From Negaprion brevirostris (Eukaryota), in the NCBI GenBank assembly GCA_030324005.1, contig JARDVH010000001.1:58743134-58807133 (forward strand): a stretch of 64,000 nt of DNA, read 5' to 3'. Positions within the stretch are counted from its first letter, which is position 1. Every line of letters begins with the position of its first letter. Below the pieces are notes generated by a model that worked only from the letters and a program-made list of their open reading frames with translations, made no database searches and was not told the origin of the DNA. The position numbers were made by a program, and so were the translations under genes. Positions 36,854 to 48,649 of this stretch are shown one piece after another.

Positions 36854-38535
36854 TTAATTAAAACGAAGCTCATTCAGTCTATTTTATTTCCTGGTTTGCT
36901 GTCTGTGAGAATACTTCAATGCAGTTGACAGCTCACCCAGTGATATACCGTCACTGTTTCAGGACAAGGGAAGTTCAGGGTCCTGATTGCGCACAGACCG
37001 AAGGCGCTCAGCAAAGCGATCACCCAGTCTACGTTTGGTACCTCGAAATAGAGGAGACTGCATTGTTTATTGGCACTTGTCTGGGAACGACATGAGCATT
37101 TGAGGTTTGATCGGGCAGCTGGATAAAAGTGGGGATTGGAAGATTGTGGAAACTGGGTGGGCTGCAATGATTTAGAACTATTCTCCCACGTGAGGGTAGA
37201 AATTGGCGCATCGTTGGGCAGAAGGGCCTGTTTGCATGTTGCAACTCTATATTTAACTTGGCTTTCACAATGTTCCTGAAATGGCAACAAAAAATCTCGA
37301 CGTGTTGGTTTTGTGAAGTTGCACAATAATACTTGATGACGAAGAACCCATGAGATGTCGGATAAACATGAACTAAGTGACATCGGAGTCATTGCTTGTT
37401 CAAATTGGAACCTTTAGGCGTACAAAAAAAATTTCCTTTTTCCTCTGCGCTGAATATTTTTCAAGTTTTAAAAGTTTTAAAGTTTATTTATTAGGCACGT
37501 GTAAGGCTTACATTAACACTGCAACGAAGTTACTGCAAAATTCCCCTAGTCGCCACACTTCGGCACCTGTTTGGGTCAGTGCACCTAACCAGCACATCTT
37601 TGGGACTATGGGAAGAAATCGGAGCACCCGGAGGAAACCCACGTGGACACAGGGAGAACGTGTAGACTCCACACAGACAGTGACCCAAACTGGGAATTGA
37701 ACCTGGCTTCCTGGCGCTGAGAGGCAGCAGTGCTAACCACTGTGCCACCCCTATATATTTTTCACGCATGGCATTCCATTTTCCTGAGAAAAATGGAAAT
37801 TTAAAATTTGCTTAGATGATTTTTTGAGCAAGATTGTCAGAAGTAGTTTAAAGGATATATATTTATAGAGATTCTGCTTTTTGAAAGGTGCAGAAATATC
37901 TCATGATGCAAGGTCTTAAAATATTATCCCTTTTTGCTGCTTTTTATGTAGCTGCTTAGAAATATGATTTTTAGATTGCATAAGAAATGCAGCTACTTCA
38001 TTTAATACAGATTTGCCAATAGATAGCCAAGTTTAAAATATTAAACAAGCGCACTGGATCAGTATGGTTTTTCAATCACTTAAGCTAACCCAAAATCAGG
38101 GAGGGAGGTGGGTGAGGATATTGAATTTGATGATCGGCCATGATGAGATGAATGGCAGAGCAGGCTCAAAGGGCCGAATGGTCTACTCCTGCTTCTAGTT
38201 TCTATGTTTCTAAAATAAAGCTGTTATCCTGGGTCAGAAGGTTTTTTTAAGCTGCATTTTTCTGCAGATCTTGGTTTTATTTTTGGCTCAGATTCAGCAG
38301 CGCAGTGACAAAGCTTACTGCTGACCTCAGATCTCGAGTCCTCTATGGTGTGGATTTCCCCTTCTTTCCTGCTCTTGGTTTGAATCTGACACCAAGGCGG
38401 GGCGTTGTCCTGAAACAGTGATGGTATATCACTGGGTGAGCTGTCAACTGCATTGAAGTATTCTCACAGACAGCAAACCAGGAAATAAAATGGACTGAAT
38501 GAGCTTCATTTTGATTAAATATTGATTCAGGGGGG
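36854..38535. mobile_element. Non-autonomous DNA transposon with long terminal inverted repeats (possibly piggyBac-like)
   Basis: 36854-36967 and 38405-38518 are reverse complements with 4 mismatches in 114 bp. The left end is hidden in a gap. The right arm runs on to ...CAGGGGGG|TTGA. Confidence 0.7.
37462..37750 (-). mobile_element. V-SINE inserted inside the TIR element
   Basis: Minus-strand gtggcacagtggttagcactgctgcc head, V-domain and AATAAATAAACTTT tail. Confidence 0.85.
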
Positions 38536-38704
38536 TTGATGTGGGATTAGAGTGGAAACTGGAATGCATTAAAAATGCTGCTTAAAGTTGATCAGAATGG
38601 AGATTTTGAACAATATAAACTCAATTTTTCAGAGCCATGAAGAGTTTTTTTGTCACTAATTATTAACTTTGTTTAGTTTTTAGTTTTTTTTGTCATTTTA
38701 ACGC

Positions 38705-38812
38705 ACGGTCCTGCTCCCGTGTCCATGTGTCTGTCCTTGGCCTGCTGCAATGTTCCAGGGAAGCTCAATGCAAACTGGAGAAACAGCGCCTCGTCTTCTG
38801 GCTGGACGCTTT
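38705..38812 (+). mobile_element. Penelope-like element GIY-YIG C-terminal fragment
   Basis: VHVSVLGLLQCSREAQCKLEKQRLVFWLDAL resembles the fish/shark PLE motif ..SVLGLLHC...R.LEEQHLIF.LGTL.P. Confidence 0.6.
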
Positions 38813-38881
38813 NNNNNNNNNNCATGAAAAGTTTTTTTGTCACTAATTATTAACTTTGTTTAGTTTTTAGTTTTTTTGTCA

Positions 38882-39205
38882 TAAGTAGGCTTACATTAAC
38901 ACCGGAATGAAGTTATTGTGAAAACCCTCTAGCCGCCACATTCTGCTGCCTGTTCGGCTGAGCTGTTTCTCTTGACTGTTTTGTCAGTGGTGCTTTGCCA
39001 CTCACTGCCTGAGGGATAATTTAGCATGGCCAATGCACCTAACCAGCATATCTTTTGGACTGAGGGGAAAAACTAGAACACCCGGAGAAATTCATGCAGA
39101 TGTGGGGAGAACATGCACACCCAACACAGACTGCCACTCAAGCTGGGAATCGAACCTGGGTAGCTGGCGCTGAGGCAGCAGTGCTAACCACTGTGCCACC
39201 ATTAT
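38882..39205 (-). mobile_element. V-SINE
   Basis: Same head, V-domain and tail as the 37462 copy. Confidence 0.8.
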
Positions 39206-39428
39206 GCCCCAGTAAGCCTGCTGAAAACCCAGTTATACCTCATTCAACAAGGTATACTTTTTCAAGTAGCGAGATGAACAACACAACATATGGAAGCATT
39301 TATTAATTCACTATTTACAGATTGAACTCTAGGGGGGACTTCAGCAGAGGAGCATGGAATTAGTGACAGCAACTTACGGACTTACGCAGATTTCACTGTC
39401 ATTATTAGTACAATATCTGGACCCTTAC

Positions 39429-39510
39429 CGCGTGTAGCCTTTACATTTGAGTGGTAACGTCCGAGTGCCTCCTTAACAACATAGTTGCATTTTACGAGTT
39501 CATATAGTGC
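39429..39510 (-). CDS. MIER3: MIER3 exon 9 equivalent (ELM2 end)
   Basis: ctctccag|GCA...CGCG|gtaagg. Encodes ALYELVKCNYVVKEALGRYHSNVKATR. Confidence 0.95.
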
Positions 39511-40681
39511 CTGGAGAGAGTTTTTTAAAGAAGTATTAAATCCACATAAAAAACAATTTGACTATTTTACTTTGCAACTGAAAGTGGCTAACTCATGGAA
39601 GTGTAACAGCAACAAATGATTACCATTTTAGAAACAGCTGCTTTTCTCATACTATAGAATATTTTAAAGAGGTCAACTCAGATATTCCTTAAAAAGTTGC
39701 ATAAATTCTGTCAATATTAATACCAAACCTGTCATAGCTTCCACTGAAATATATCATGCATAAATAAAGAGGAAAGAACACCATTCACAAGTTTTTGACA
39801 TTTCAGTCTAGTAATGTTTTCTACAGACCATGTCATTTGCAATAGTATTCATAACATCTCAATTCTTATTTTAATTTACAAATAAATATTTTAGAGTGAA
39901 ACTGTTATGATTTCATTCATTTAGATAAAACTTCTGTAACTCTGCAACTGCAGTGTCACCTCCCCATCCCAAACCGGGGCACATTTACAATCCTCAGATA
40001 TTTAATATCCTCAATTTTTACAGCTAAGTGAATTTAAGGGCCAACATCTTGCTTTACACTTTCCACTTTTTAGCCTTCAATAATTGCAGACAGTGCTACT
40101 TATTCACCTATTACTCAGTTCCTTAAAACAATCTGGTCAACTCACACCTTCACAATAAGTGTAAACATAAAACAAAATATTTCAAGGGCGACTGAAAAAG
40201 CTGCTCATTAAGTGAAACATTAAATTAAATTCTGTTATGTGAAGTTTAATATCATTTACCAAATTCCTCAGAACGACACCTAGCTCTATTTTCTTCCTCA
40301 CTAGGTTGATCCCTTATGTACATTTCAAGAACTTTTTCCAGTCTTTGCTCTCCACACTTACTTTCCCAGTCTATATTAAGACAATTATGGCCCTCATTAT
40401 AACATCACAGTTCTCGCAACTTTCTGAAAATTACTCCTCGATATCCTTCCCACTATTTGAAAGTTTATAATATACACTTAGTAGTGTAACAGTCCCTCTT
40501 TTATTCCTTAGTTCTTTTAGATTCTTTCTTTTAACCCTCAAGGGTTTTTTTTTTACTGTTACACAGTTATTGTGACCACTGTCCAACAATCCCTCATTCC
40601 CCTTTCTCTTCCATCTTTTCCTGTGGCTAAGAATATTAAATTTCCAAGCTTCCTAATTTGAGTCAAACTCCATTACAGGAA

Positions 40682-41010
40682 ATAGAAAACATAGAATCCC
40701 TACAGTACAGAAGGAGAGGCCATTTGGTCCATCGAGTCTACACCAACCACAATTCCACCCAGGGCCTATACCCACAACCGCACACAACTACCTACCCTAC
40801 TAATCATCCTGACATTATGGTCAACTTAGGATGGCCAATCCACCTAACTCATGCATCTTTCAGACCGTGGGAGGAAATGGGAGCACCTGGAGGAAACCCA
40901 CACAGGCACAGAGAGAATGTGCAAACTCCACATAGACAATGACCTGAGGCTGGAATTGAACACGGGTCCCTGGTACTGTGAGACAGCAGTGTTAACCACT
41001 GTGCCACCCC
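40682..41010 (-). mobile_element. HE1-like V-SINE
   Basis: catagaatccctacag tail, V-domain and head. Ends about 80 bp from MIER3 exon 8. Confidence 0.85.
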
Positions 41011-41052
41011 CCAAATACAATAATGATGTGTTCCATGATGGAATTCTAACTA

Positions 41053-41268
<216 letters not shown>

Positions 41269-42845
41269 TTACTAACAAGCTTTATTGAATCAAGTACTTT
41301 CAATTACATGCAATTAAAAATGCAAAATAGAAAATACTGAGCATTAGGGTTATGCTGTTGATAAAAGCTCTAAATAGCTTTTACTTACTGCAAAGAAATA
41401 CTCATCCAGTTCCTATAATTTTACTTTTTAGCATATAATCAGCTTTGTTTTGAAATTTTGATTTTATACATATTTTCCTCTTTACTGAGCACACTCTAAG
41501 TTCTCTGGATTGATGTTACCCTATTATCTACAGTGATGAGAGTGCATGAGGAATATATTGCAAAGGTTTTTTTTATCATATTTCATAAATAAGATTTAAC
41601 AAGCAACTAAAACAGAATGCAAAGGAAATTATACACAGCAAAATAATCTTTCATACACTTCAGTCAGAAACATACATATGCCATCCAATGGTAATAGTAC
41701 AGTTGTCATTTTGAAAATTAGTGCTAGAAATGGAAGAATATCTTAAACATACAAAAACTTGCACCACTATAGCATCTTTATGTTGTAAAGCACTTCATTG
41801 TCATATAAAATTAGAAAAAAAGACCAAAGTCAAAGGAGACGTTTGAAAGGGTAAAGACTTCATCAAAAACATCAATTATGAGAAGCATCATAAAGGATAG
41901 CAGGGAAAAGGCAGAGGTTTAGAGGGGGGATTCCTGGATGTATAGACACGACAGCTAAAGGCATGGCCGTCAATGAGACCATAGAATCCCCACATTGCAG
42001 AAGCAGGGCAATTGTTCCATTCAGTTTGCACTGACTCTCTAAAAGAGCATCTTACTAAGGCTCATCTCCTGCCATATTCCCAAAATTCTGACTATTTACC
42101 ATTGCTAATCCACCTAACCTATGCATCTTTGGACACAAAAAGGACAATTTGACATGGCCAATCCATTTAAACCTGCACATCTTTGGTAGTGTCTAAGTAG
42201 TGGACTACAAACTGCAAAGTTCTTAAAGAATTCCAGATCAGGAGAAGGTTACAGATATAGGGAGCACAAAGGCACGGAAAGAGTTTAAATGTAAGGATGA
42301 GATTATTCAAATAAAGGCAATTCAGGACCAAAGACTGACGTATGTCTGTGAGCACAGTGGTGATGGGTGAACAGGATCTGGTCCAAGTTGGAACGCAGTA
42401 GCAAAGTGTTGGCTGAGGTTCAAGGGCAGAAGATAGGAGGCCAGTCAGCAGAGCACCTTCACCGTGAATTACTTCTCATAATGTAACAAGTTTATTGACA
42501 TTATTTCCAAACTGTATTCATTCATAGGGTGCTCAATTTATGTTATGTGAACCATTTCAGGGAGCCAATACCTTGAAGAGGTGGCAAGGGGAAAAAGCAG
42601 TTAGTGCTCGACTTATGCAGATTCCATTCAATGGAGAAACATTATTAGAGGGATTCCCAAAGTTCATGCTAACCAAATGCTTACATTCCATTCACTAAAC
42701 TAAATATCCAAGATTGAAGAGATCAACAAATAATGGTGATTGAAAGGAGAAAACAACACATGTCCACAGAGTATTTGTTTGGGTCTTTGCCTATACAATT
42801 GAATTAAGGGCAGATTTTGTATCAATTCATAGAAATGTGCCTTAC

Positions 42846-42918
42846 CTTTATCACCATCTTGGTATTTGCACAGACTGGATGGAATCTCAGCTTGATACTC
42901 TGAACCCACCATTATTTC
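42846..42918 (-). CDS. MIER3: MIER3 exon 7 equivalent (ELM2 start)
   Basis: atttag|GAA...AAAG|gtaagg. Encodes EIMVGSEYQAEIPSSLCKYQDGDK, the ELM2 N-terminal IxVGxxYQAxIP motif. Confidence 0.96.
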
Positions 42919-43899
42919 CTAAATAAAGGCAATTTAACAGCAACCATTATAGCCATGCAGCTAACAAAGAATTCTTTTCACAAAGCAATGTGGTGATTAT
43001 ACAGGGTTGAGTTTAATGTCAGAAGTACAATAAACTGGACCCTGCCTTCAAAGATGTTAAACAATTTTAATTCAACAGATAGACACTCTGCTACTACTGG
43101 TTTACTTTCTGAAAGTTACTCAAGATCTATTTTTATTGTAATTAAGATTCAATTTCAAATTTTTCCCAAATTGTGCTGCAACAGACTTTGGATCTGAGAT
43201 GGGTAGGTTCTTGACTGGTAAGGTGATCAAAGGTTATGGGGAAAGGTGGTGAGAAACTTATCAGCCATGATTGAATGGCAAAGCGGACTTGAAGTGCCAA
43301 ATGGACTAATTCTGCTCCTATATGGGCGGCACGGTAGCACAGTGGTTAGCACTGCTGCTTCACAGCTCCAGGGTCCTGGGTTCGATTCCTGGCTCGGNNN
43401 NNNNNNNNNNNNNNNNNNNNNNNNNNNNTTTCATCCATAAGAAATACAATCATTTTACATGTGACATAACAGTTGAAATCAAGGAAACAACCTATAAAAT
43501 AAGTGGAAATTAACATATCAACTATAGGAACCATAAATAAAGTGTAAAATTAAGATATTCATAAAACTTATTTGTCTCCATTAAAAATCTGTACAGAATT
43601 CATTACTAAAATGGAACATTTGAATTCACTGTACTCATGCATAGTTTCATAATTTATCTAACTTATGCATCCCACAAGCTAATTAATAACTGCTAAAGTA
43701 TTAAACAAAGCTCCATAACAATGCACAACCATAATTTTCTTTTACATTATCCCACAAGAACAAGACAGAATCAGCTCAATTAATGTATTGTTAAGCAGCA
43801 GTAAATTCAAACTAGACTTAACCAATTTCACGGGCGGTGGAGCACCCAGCGATCATGGAAGGTGCTATCTATATGAAGTTCCTTTTGCTAGCAAATTAG

Positions 43900-44240
43900 C
43901 TTTTTCCATGATTTGAACTTAGCAAATTGTTATCTGGTTTGTGTCATATCTCAGCCAAACCAGAATAAAATTGAAATTCGACAGTCTGATACACTGATCC
44001 AGGCTAGTGAGGAGAAAACAACATCAACCATCATCCCAGTTTCTATTTGCATCTAGTGACTCATGCTAGATATATGCATGTCAGGTGAGGCCAGATCATT
44101 TAGGTATTTTGATTGTGACAGGATAGATACACCAAAAAACTCATAAATGAAGCATAACGACTTAAAGTTCCACATCAGCCATGTGCCTTAGCTCTTATCC
44201 AGAAAATGAAAGGAACCACCTTTAGGAGAGAAGTAGCAGT
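43900..44240 (+). mobile_element. Highly degraded ancient SINE (MER131-like)
   Basis: Ordered motifs atctcagcc...ggctagtgaggagaaaa...tctagtgactcatgctaga...tcaggtgaggccagatc resemble the recalled MER131 body. By eye only. Confidence 0.35.
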
Positions 44241-44941
44241 AAGTGAACTAGAGATGTGGGTCACTTCCTCAATGTGATTGAATTACACATAACTGCACTT
44301 TCCATTCAATAACATTTTTGCTAATACTAAATTTGTTAGATTCACAGGTCATGCAAACTTCAGAAAGGGCATATAGAATTATTTGAGTGCTATTAAGTAA
44401 ATCTTATAGTAAAGCTCTTGTCACTTTTTTCAAGCAAAATAGAAAACTTTTTCATATAACTTCGTTGAATTCAAAAGTTTCAGACTTTTACAGTGAATCA
44501 TGAAGGAAACCCAATGTTGTACATAAGGATTACAGGGTTTAAGCAAATTTTTTTGGAAAATATTCAGAACTCCAATCTTGAAAGAAAGAATAAATGAAAA
44601 TCTTTTACTGCTTCTTTATGCAGTGATCATCAGTTCTCTTAAGCGATTTAAATAAAATGCAAGACACATCCTTACAAATCACAATACCATTTAGGAACTA
44701 AACTTCAGAAACATTTACATAAGAAATTGCAATGTTGTTTCAGATTCACTGCATGAATTAAACTTACATTTCACCTAACCTCTGATGACTAAAAGGCAAA
44801 ATATAACTTCCACAAACCTTTTTACTAAACATGACAAGATTCTTCAGAAACAGCCATTCTGCAGTGTAGCAAATTCAAAGTGGAACTGATGCAATAACGT
44901 ACAAGTGAGATTAAACAATTTACATGCTGAGTTTAAAGTAC

Positions 44942-45024
44942 CTTTTTCAAGTCTTCAGGTGGAACACAATCATCTTGCCCTTCTTCATCTTCAGATTCTT
45001 TTTCACCATCAAAGGTAGTGCTTG
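44942..45024 (-). CDS. MIER3: MIER3 exon 6 equivalent
   Basis: atatag|CA...AAG|gtactt. Encodes (S)STTFDGEKESEDEEGQDDCVPPEDLKK; phases 1/0 fit. Confidence 0.9.
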
Positions 45025-45209
45025 CTATATGCAAGAAAGTTAAAGACAGTTGTCAGAAAACAGCCATTAAATGTCTATCAATTTCAAGATACTTGAGTCG
45101 GAGGCAAATTTTATTCTTCACCAAGAATATTAATTCATTATCAATCAAGAAAAAGTGCTACAGACAAGTACAGAATTAATTCAAACAATGAATACTTTTG
45201 ATTTTTTTC

Positions 45210-46800
45210 ATTTGTTTATTTCATGCAAGTATCACTGACAAGGCCAAGATATACTGTGTATCTAATTGCCCTAGGGGTAGTGTTGACTTGCCTTCTTGAA
45301 CTGTTGCAGTCCACGTGGTGTAAGTGCAACCATAGTGCTGTTAGGCAGGATTCCAGGATTTTGACCCAATAAAAGGGAAGGAAAAGTGATATTATTCCAA
45401 TTCAGGATGGTGAGAGACTTGGAGGAGAAATTGAAGTTGGTGGCATTCCCACACATTTGCTGCCCTTGTTCTTCTAGGTGAGAGAAGCGGAGGTTTCAAA
45501 ACTGCTGTCAAGGGAGGTTTGGCAAGTTGTGCCAGCAGTAGAATGCAACTACTGCTAGCAGTGTATAGTAGTGGAGGCTGTGAATTAAGGTGGTGGATGG
45601 GGTTCCAAAAAAAGTGGGCTGCTTTGTCCTGGATTACAATGTGCTTCCAGTGTTCTTGGACCTTACTTCATTCAAACAAATGGATAGTATTCCATCAAAC
45701 TTTGGATTTGTGCTTTGTAGATGCTGGACAGGCTTTGGGGAGTCTGGAGGTGAGTTATTCGCTACAGAATTCCCAGTTCTGAACTGCTGCTATAACATAG
45801 TATTTGTATAGNNNNNNNNNNGATCTGGTTAGGTTTCTGGTCAATACCTCCTAGGATGTTGATAGTTGGGGATTCAGCGATGGTAATGCCACTGAATGAA
45901 AGGAGAGATTGTTAGACTCTCTCTTATTGGAGGTGCTCATTGCCTAGCACTTGTGGCACAAATATTATTTGCCACTTACCAGCCCAAATCTGAGTATTGT
46001 TCAGATCTTGCTGAATGTAGACACAGACGACTTCAATATCAGAGGATTTGGAATCATACTAAACTCTGTCGTCATCAGTGAACATCCCCACTTCTGACCT
46101 TATATTGGAGAGGAGGTCACCAATGAAGAACCTGAAGATTGTTGGGCCTGGTTACTACCATGAAAACTCCTGCAATATTATCCTGGGGTGAAATAGTTGG
46201 TCTCAACAAACAATCATTTTTTTAAATGTTAGGTATGATTCCAAACAATCAAGTGTTTTCCACTATTCTCATTGACTTCAATTTTGCTAAGGCTCCTTGA
46301 TGCCACACTTGGGTCAAATGCTGCCTGATGTCAAAAGACGTGCTCTCATCTTACTTCTGGAATACAACTCTTCTGTCCACATTTGGACCCAGGTTGCAAT
46401 GAAGTTAAGAGTTGAGTGGACCTAGCAGAACACAAACTGAGCATTGATGAGCAGGTTATTGTTGAATAACTGCCACTTGATAGCACTGTCAATGATATTT
46501 TCCTGATGACAGAGTTGACTTGATGTGCGGCAGAAAGTGGCTGGATTGAATTTGTCCTGCTTTCTGTCAACAGGATACACCTTTTCAAATTTCCTTTGTT
46601 AGGTAGATGCCAATGTTGTAAGTGTACTGGATTAGGTTGGTTAGGGGCGTGGTTTGTTCTGAAGCAAGTCTTAAATACACTTAAATAAATGATATGGTCA
46701 GGGTCTTTGCTGTATCCAGTGCCATTTCTTGATATCCAATTAACTGAATACGGACACCTCATGAGAAGACCAAGATGGATAATCAACCTGGCATTTCTGG
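45210..46800 (-). mobile_element. Degraded CR1/L2-clade LINE (same family as 30740)
   Basis: Reverse-complement tail and RT motifs (FDPSVASRSLSK, corresponding to FDRVWH.G.L.K). Confidence 0.7.
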
Positions 46801-47044
46801 TTCCAAATTTGCAGCATTAATGCAGTGTCTTGCATTACTCCACAAATCTTAAAGTAAAATATTAATCTCCAAAGACTTAATCCACTTTACTTCTTTCCTT
46901 GTCAATATGCTGTGGTACTGCACACAACAGTCATGATCAGGTGTAGCTTTTAGGTAAAGCGGGGGATATTTGGACAAGTGTACACCTATGCAATTCAGTC
47001 CCCAAATCCAAGTCACAAATTTCTCATTGTTTATATCCTTTGTG

Positions 47045-47168
47045 TAAACCAGTCACATTGCAATTATACCTTCCAACAGTAGCAGTGCACCAACTGAGGT
47101 CATGTTACAACTGTTAAGTAGCAGTGCACCAACTGTTGGAAGGATGCAAGTACAGCTTGACTGGTTTA
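47045..47168. repeat. Nested imperfect palindrome with an internal 19-bp direct repeat
   Basis: TAAACCAGTCA/TGACTGGTTTA and CCTTCCAACAGT/ACTGTTGGAAGG arms. AGTAGCAGTGCACCAACTG occurs at 47078 and 47117. Confidence 0.85.
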
Positions 47169-47779
47169 AAATCGGCATTATAAACGTTAGGAAGCATTTA
47201 AGATTTTCAATATGTTATAAATGTTAAATAAATAATGTGGTGAAAAAGAAATAGCCTGTGTACTTTTGGAGTACACAAAACAATGAAACAAACATCTTGG
47301 ACTTCTAGCATTTGAAGAACACCTAAAATGCCTTATTTTTCCAAAGGTCTTGAAACCATATTTAGCCTTGACAATTCAAGGTTTCTTCTACCTTAGTGAC
47401 AGCATTAAAATACAGGTTTGAGATTCTTCTTAATGATTGATCTTGTCTGTAGGAGTTAAATATGAACTTTTTCCATTCTACCTCAAAATTAATTGAGTAC
47501 ATATAGCAACTACCCTCTCTATGACAGTCACAGTTATTATACATTTGGGTACCTATATCCCTTACTCCTACTACCTAAAAAGGACAAACGGCCATGAGGA
47601 GAAAACTGCAGTTTGCAGACATTACTATTTTTGAGCCAGATAGAGCTATGCCAATAATTGTGTGAGGAGCAACAACTGTCCATCCCTTTAAGAAAGCATC
47701 TAAACCCCATACGCTACTTCCCAAACTGCATGGCTAAAATTAATTTGGCATTATGGAAGTCTGCATCCTACTACTATCA

Positions 47780-48060
47780 ACTACGCAGTTGACGTGATGT
47801 ATATGGATTTTAGCAAAGCGTTTGATAAGGTTCCCCATGGTAGGCTACTGCAGAAAATGCANNNNNNNNNNNNNNNNNNNNNNNNNNNNNNNNNNNNNNN
47901 NNNNNNNNNNNNNNNNNNNNNNNNNNNNNNNNNNNNNNNNNNNNNNNNNNNNNNNNNNNNNGGAACTGATCCACTTCAGATCAGCCATGGTCTTATTGAA
48001 TGGCGGGGCAGGCTCGAGGGGCTAGATGGCCTACTCCTCCTCCTATCTCTTATGTTCTTA
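47780..48060 (+). mobile_element. Young CR1 copy with collapsed gap
   Basis: AVDVMYMDFSKAFDKVPHGRLLQK, then 100 N, then the conserved tail. Confidence 0.85.
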
Positions 48061-48649
48061 GTACTAATATCTTACTATCCTGTGGCAAAGTACATGGGAG
48101 CTCAATAAAAGTGACAAAAAGGGTAGTTTGCTACCTTCTCTCAGGTGGCAGAGAGTGTGTAAAGACAAATTAGAACTCAGCAAGCCCTAGTTTTTCCTCT
48201 TTGCAGACTTGAGTTGGCTTTCTTGGGAAGCAGTTGATAGAGGCTTTGATATCATTCATTTTCAGTACCCCAATAAAATTTCTAAATTACCAAAAACGCC
48301 TCCCTTCCTGGCACTCGGGACACAATCCAAGAGATACCTGTTGATCTTTAGTAAACCAACTTTTCCTCACAGATATCAGATAACGAATTGATATATTCAT
48401 ACAGGACAGAAACATAAATATAGCCCGTAAAGCAACTACATCCCATTTAATAACTACTAACCTTTCAACAGGTTCTCACCTACATGGATTCTGTTGAATC
48501 ATTAAATTATCTTCAGGTTCAATAAGGAATAAAGGAATACAAACTTGGTCCCAAAACTACATTTTTTAAATTCCTGCGTATGTGTGAATGCAATTATTAA
48601 TACAGAAGGGGCAATAGTTCAATGATAAATAACTGTTTTAATTATTACT

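Noticed and set aside
36916-37392. 158-aa minus-strand ORF as an intact transposase
   Set aside because: No DDE or other motif and it overlaps the TIR; probably a chance open frame in GC-richer DNA.
47078-47135. 19-bp repeat, spacer, 19-bp repeat as a CRISPR-like array
   Set aside because: Only two copies, in a vertebrate intron, with no cas genes.
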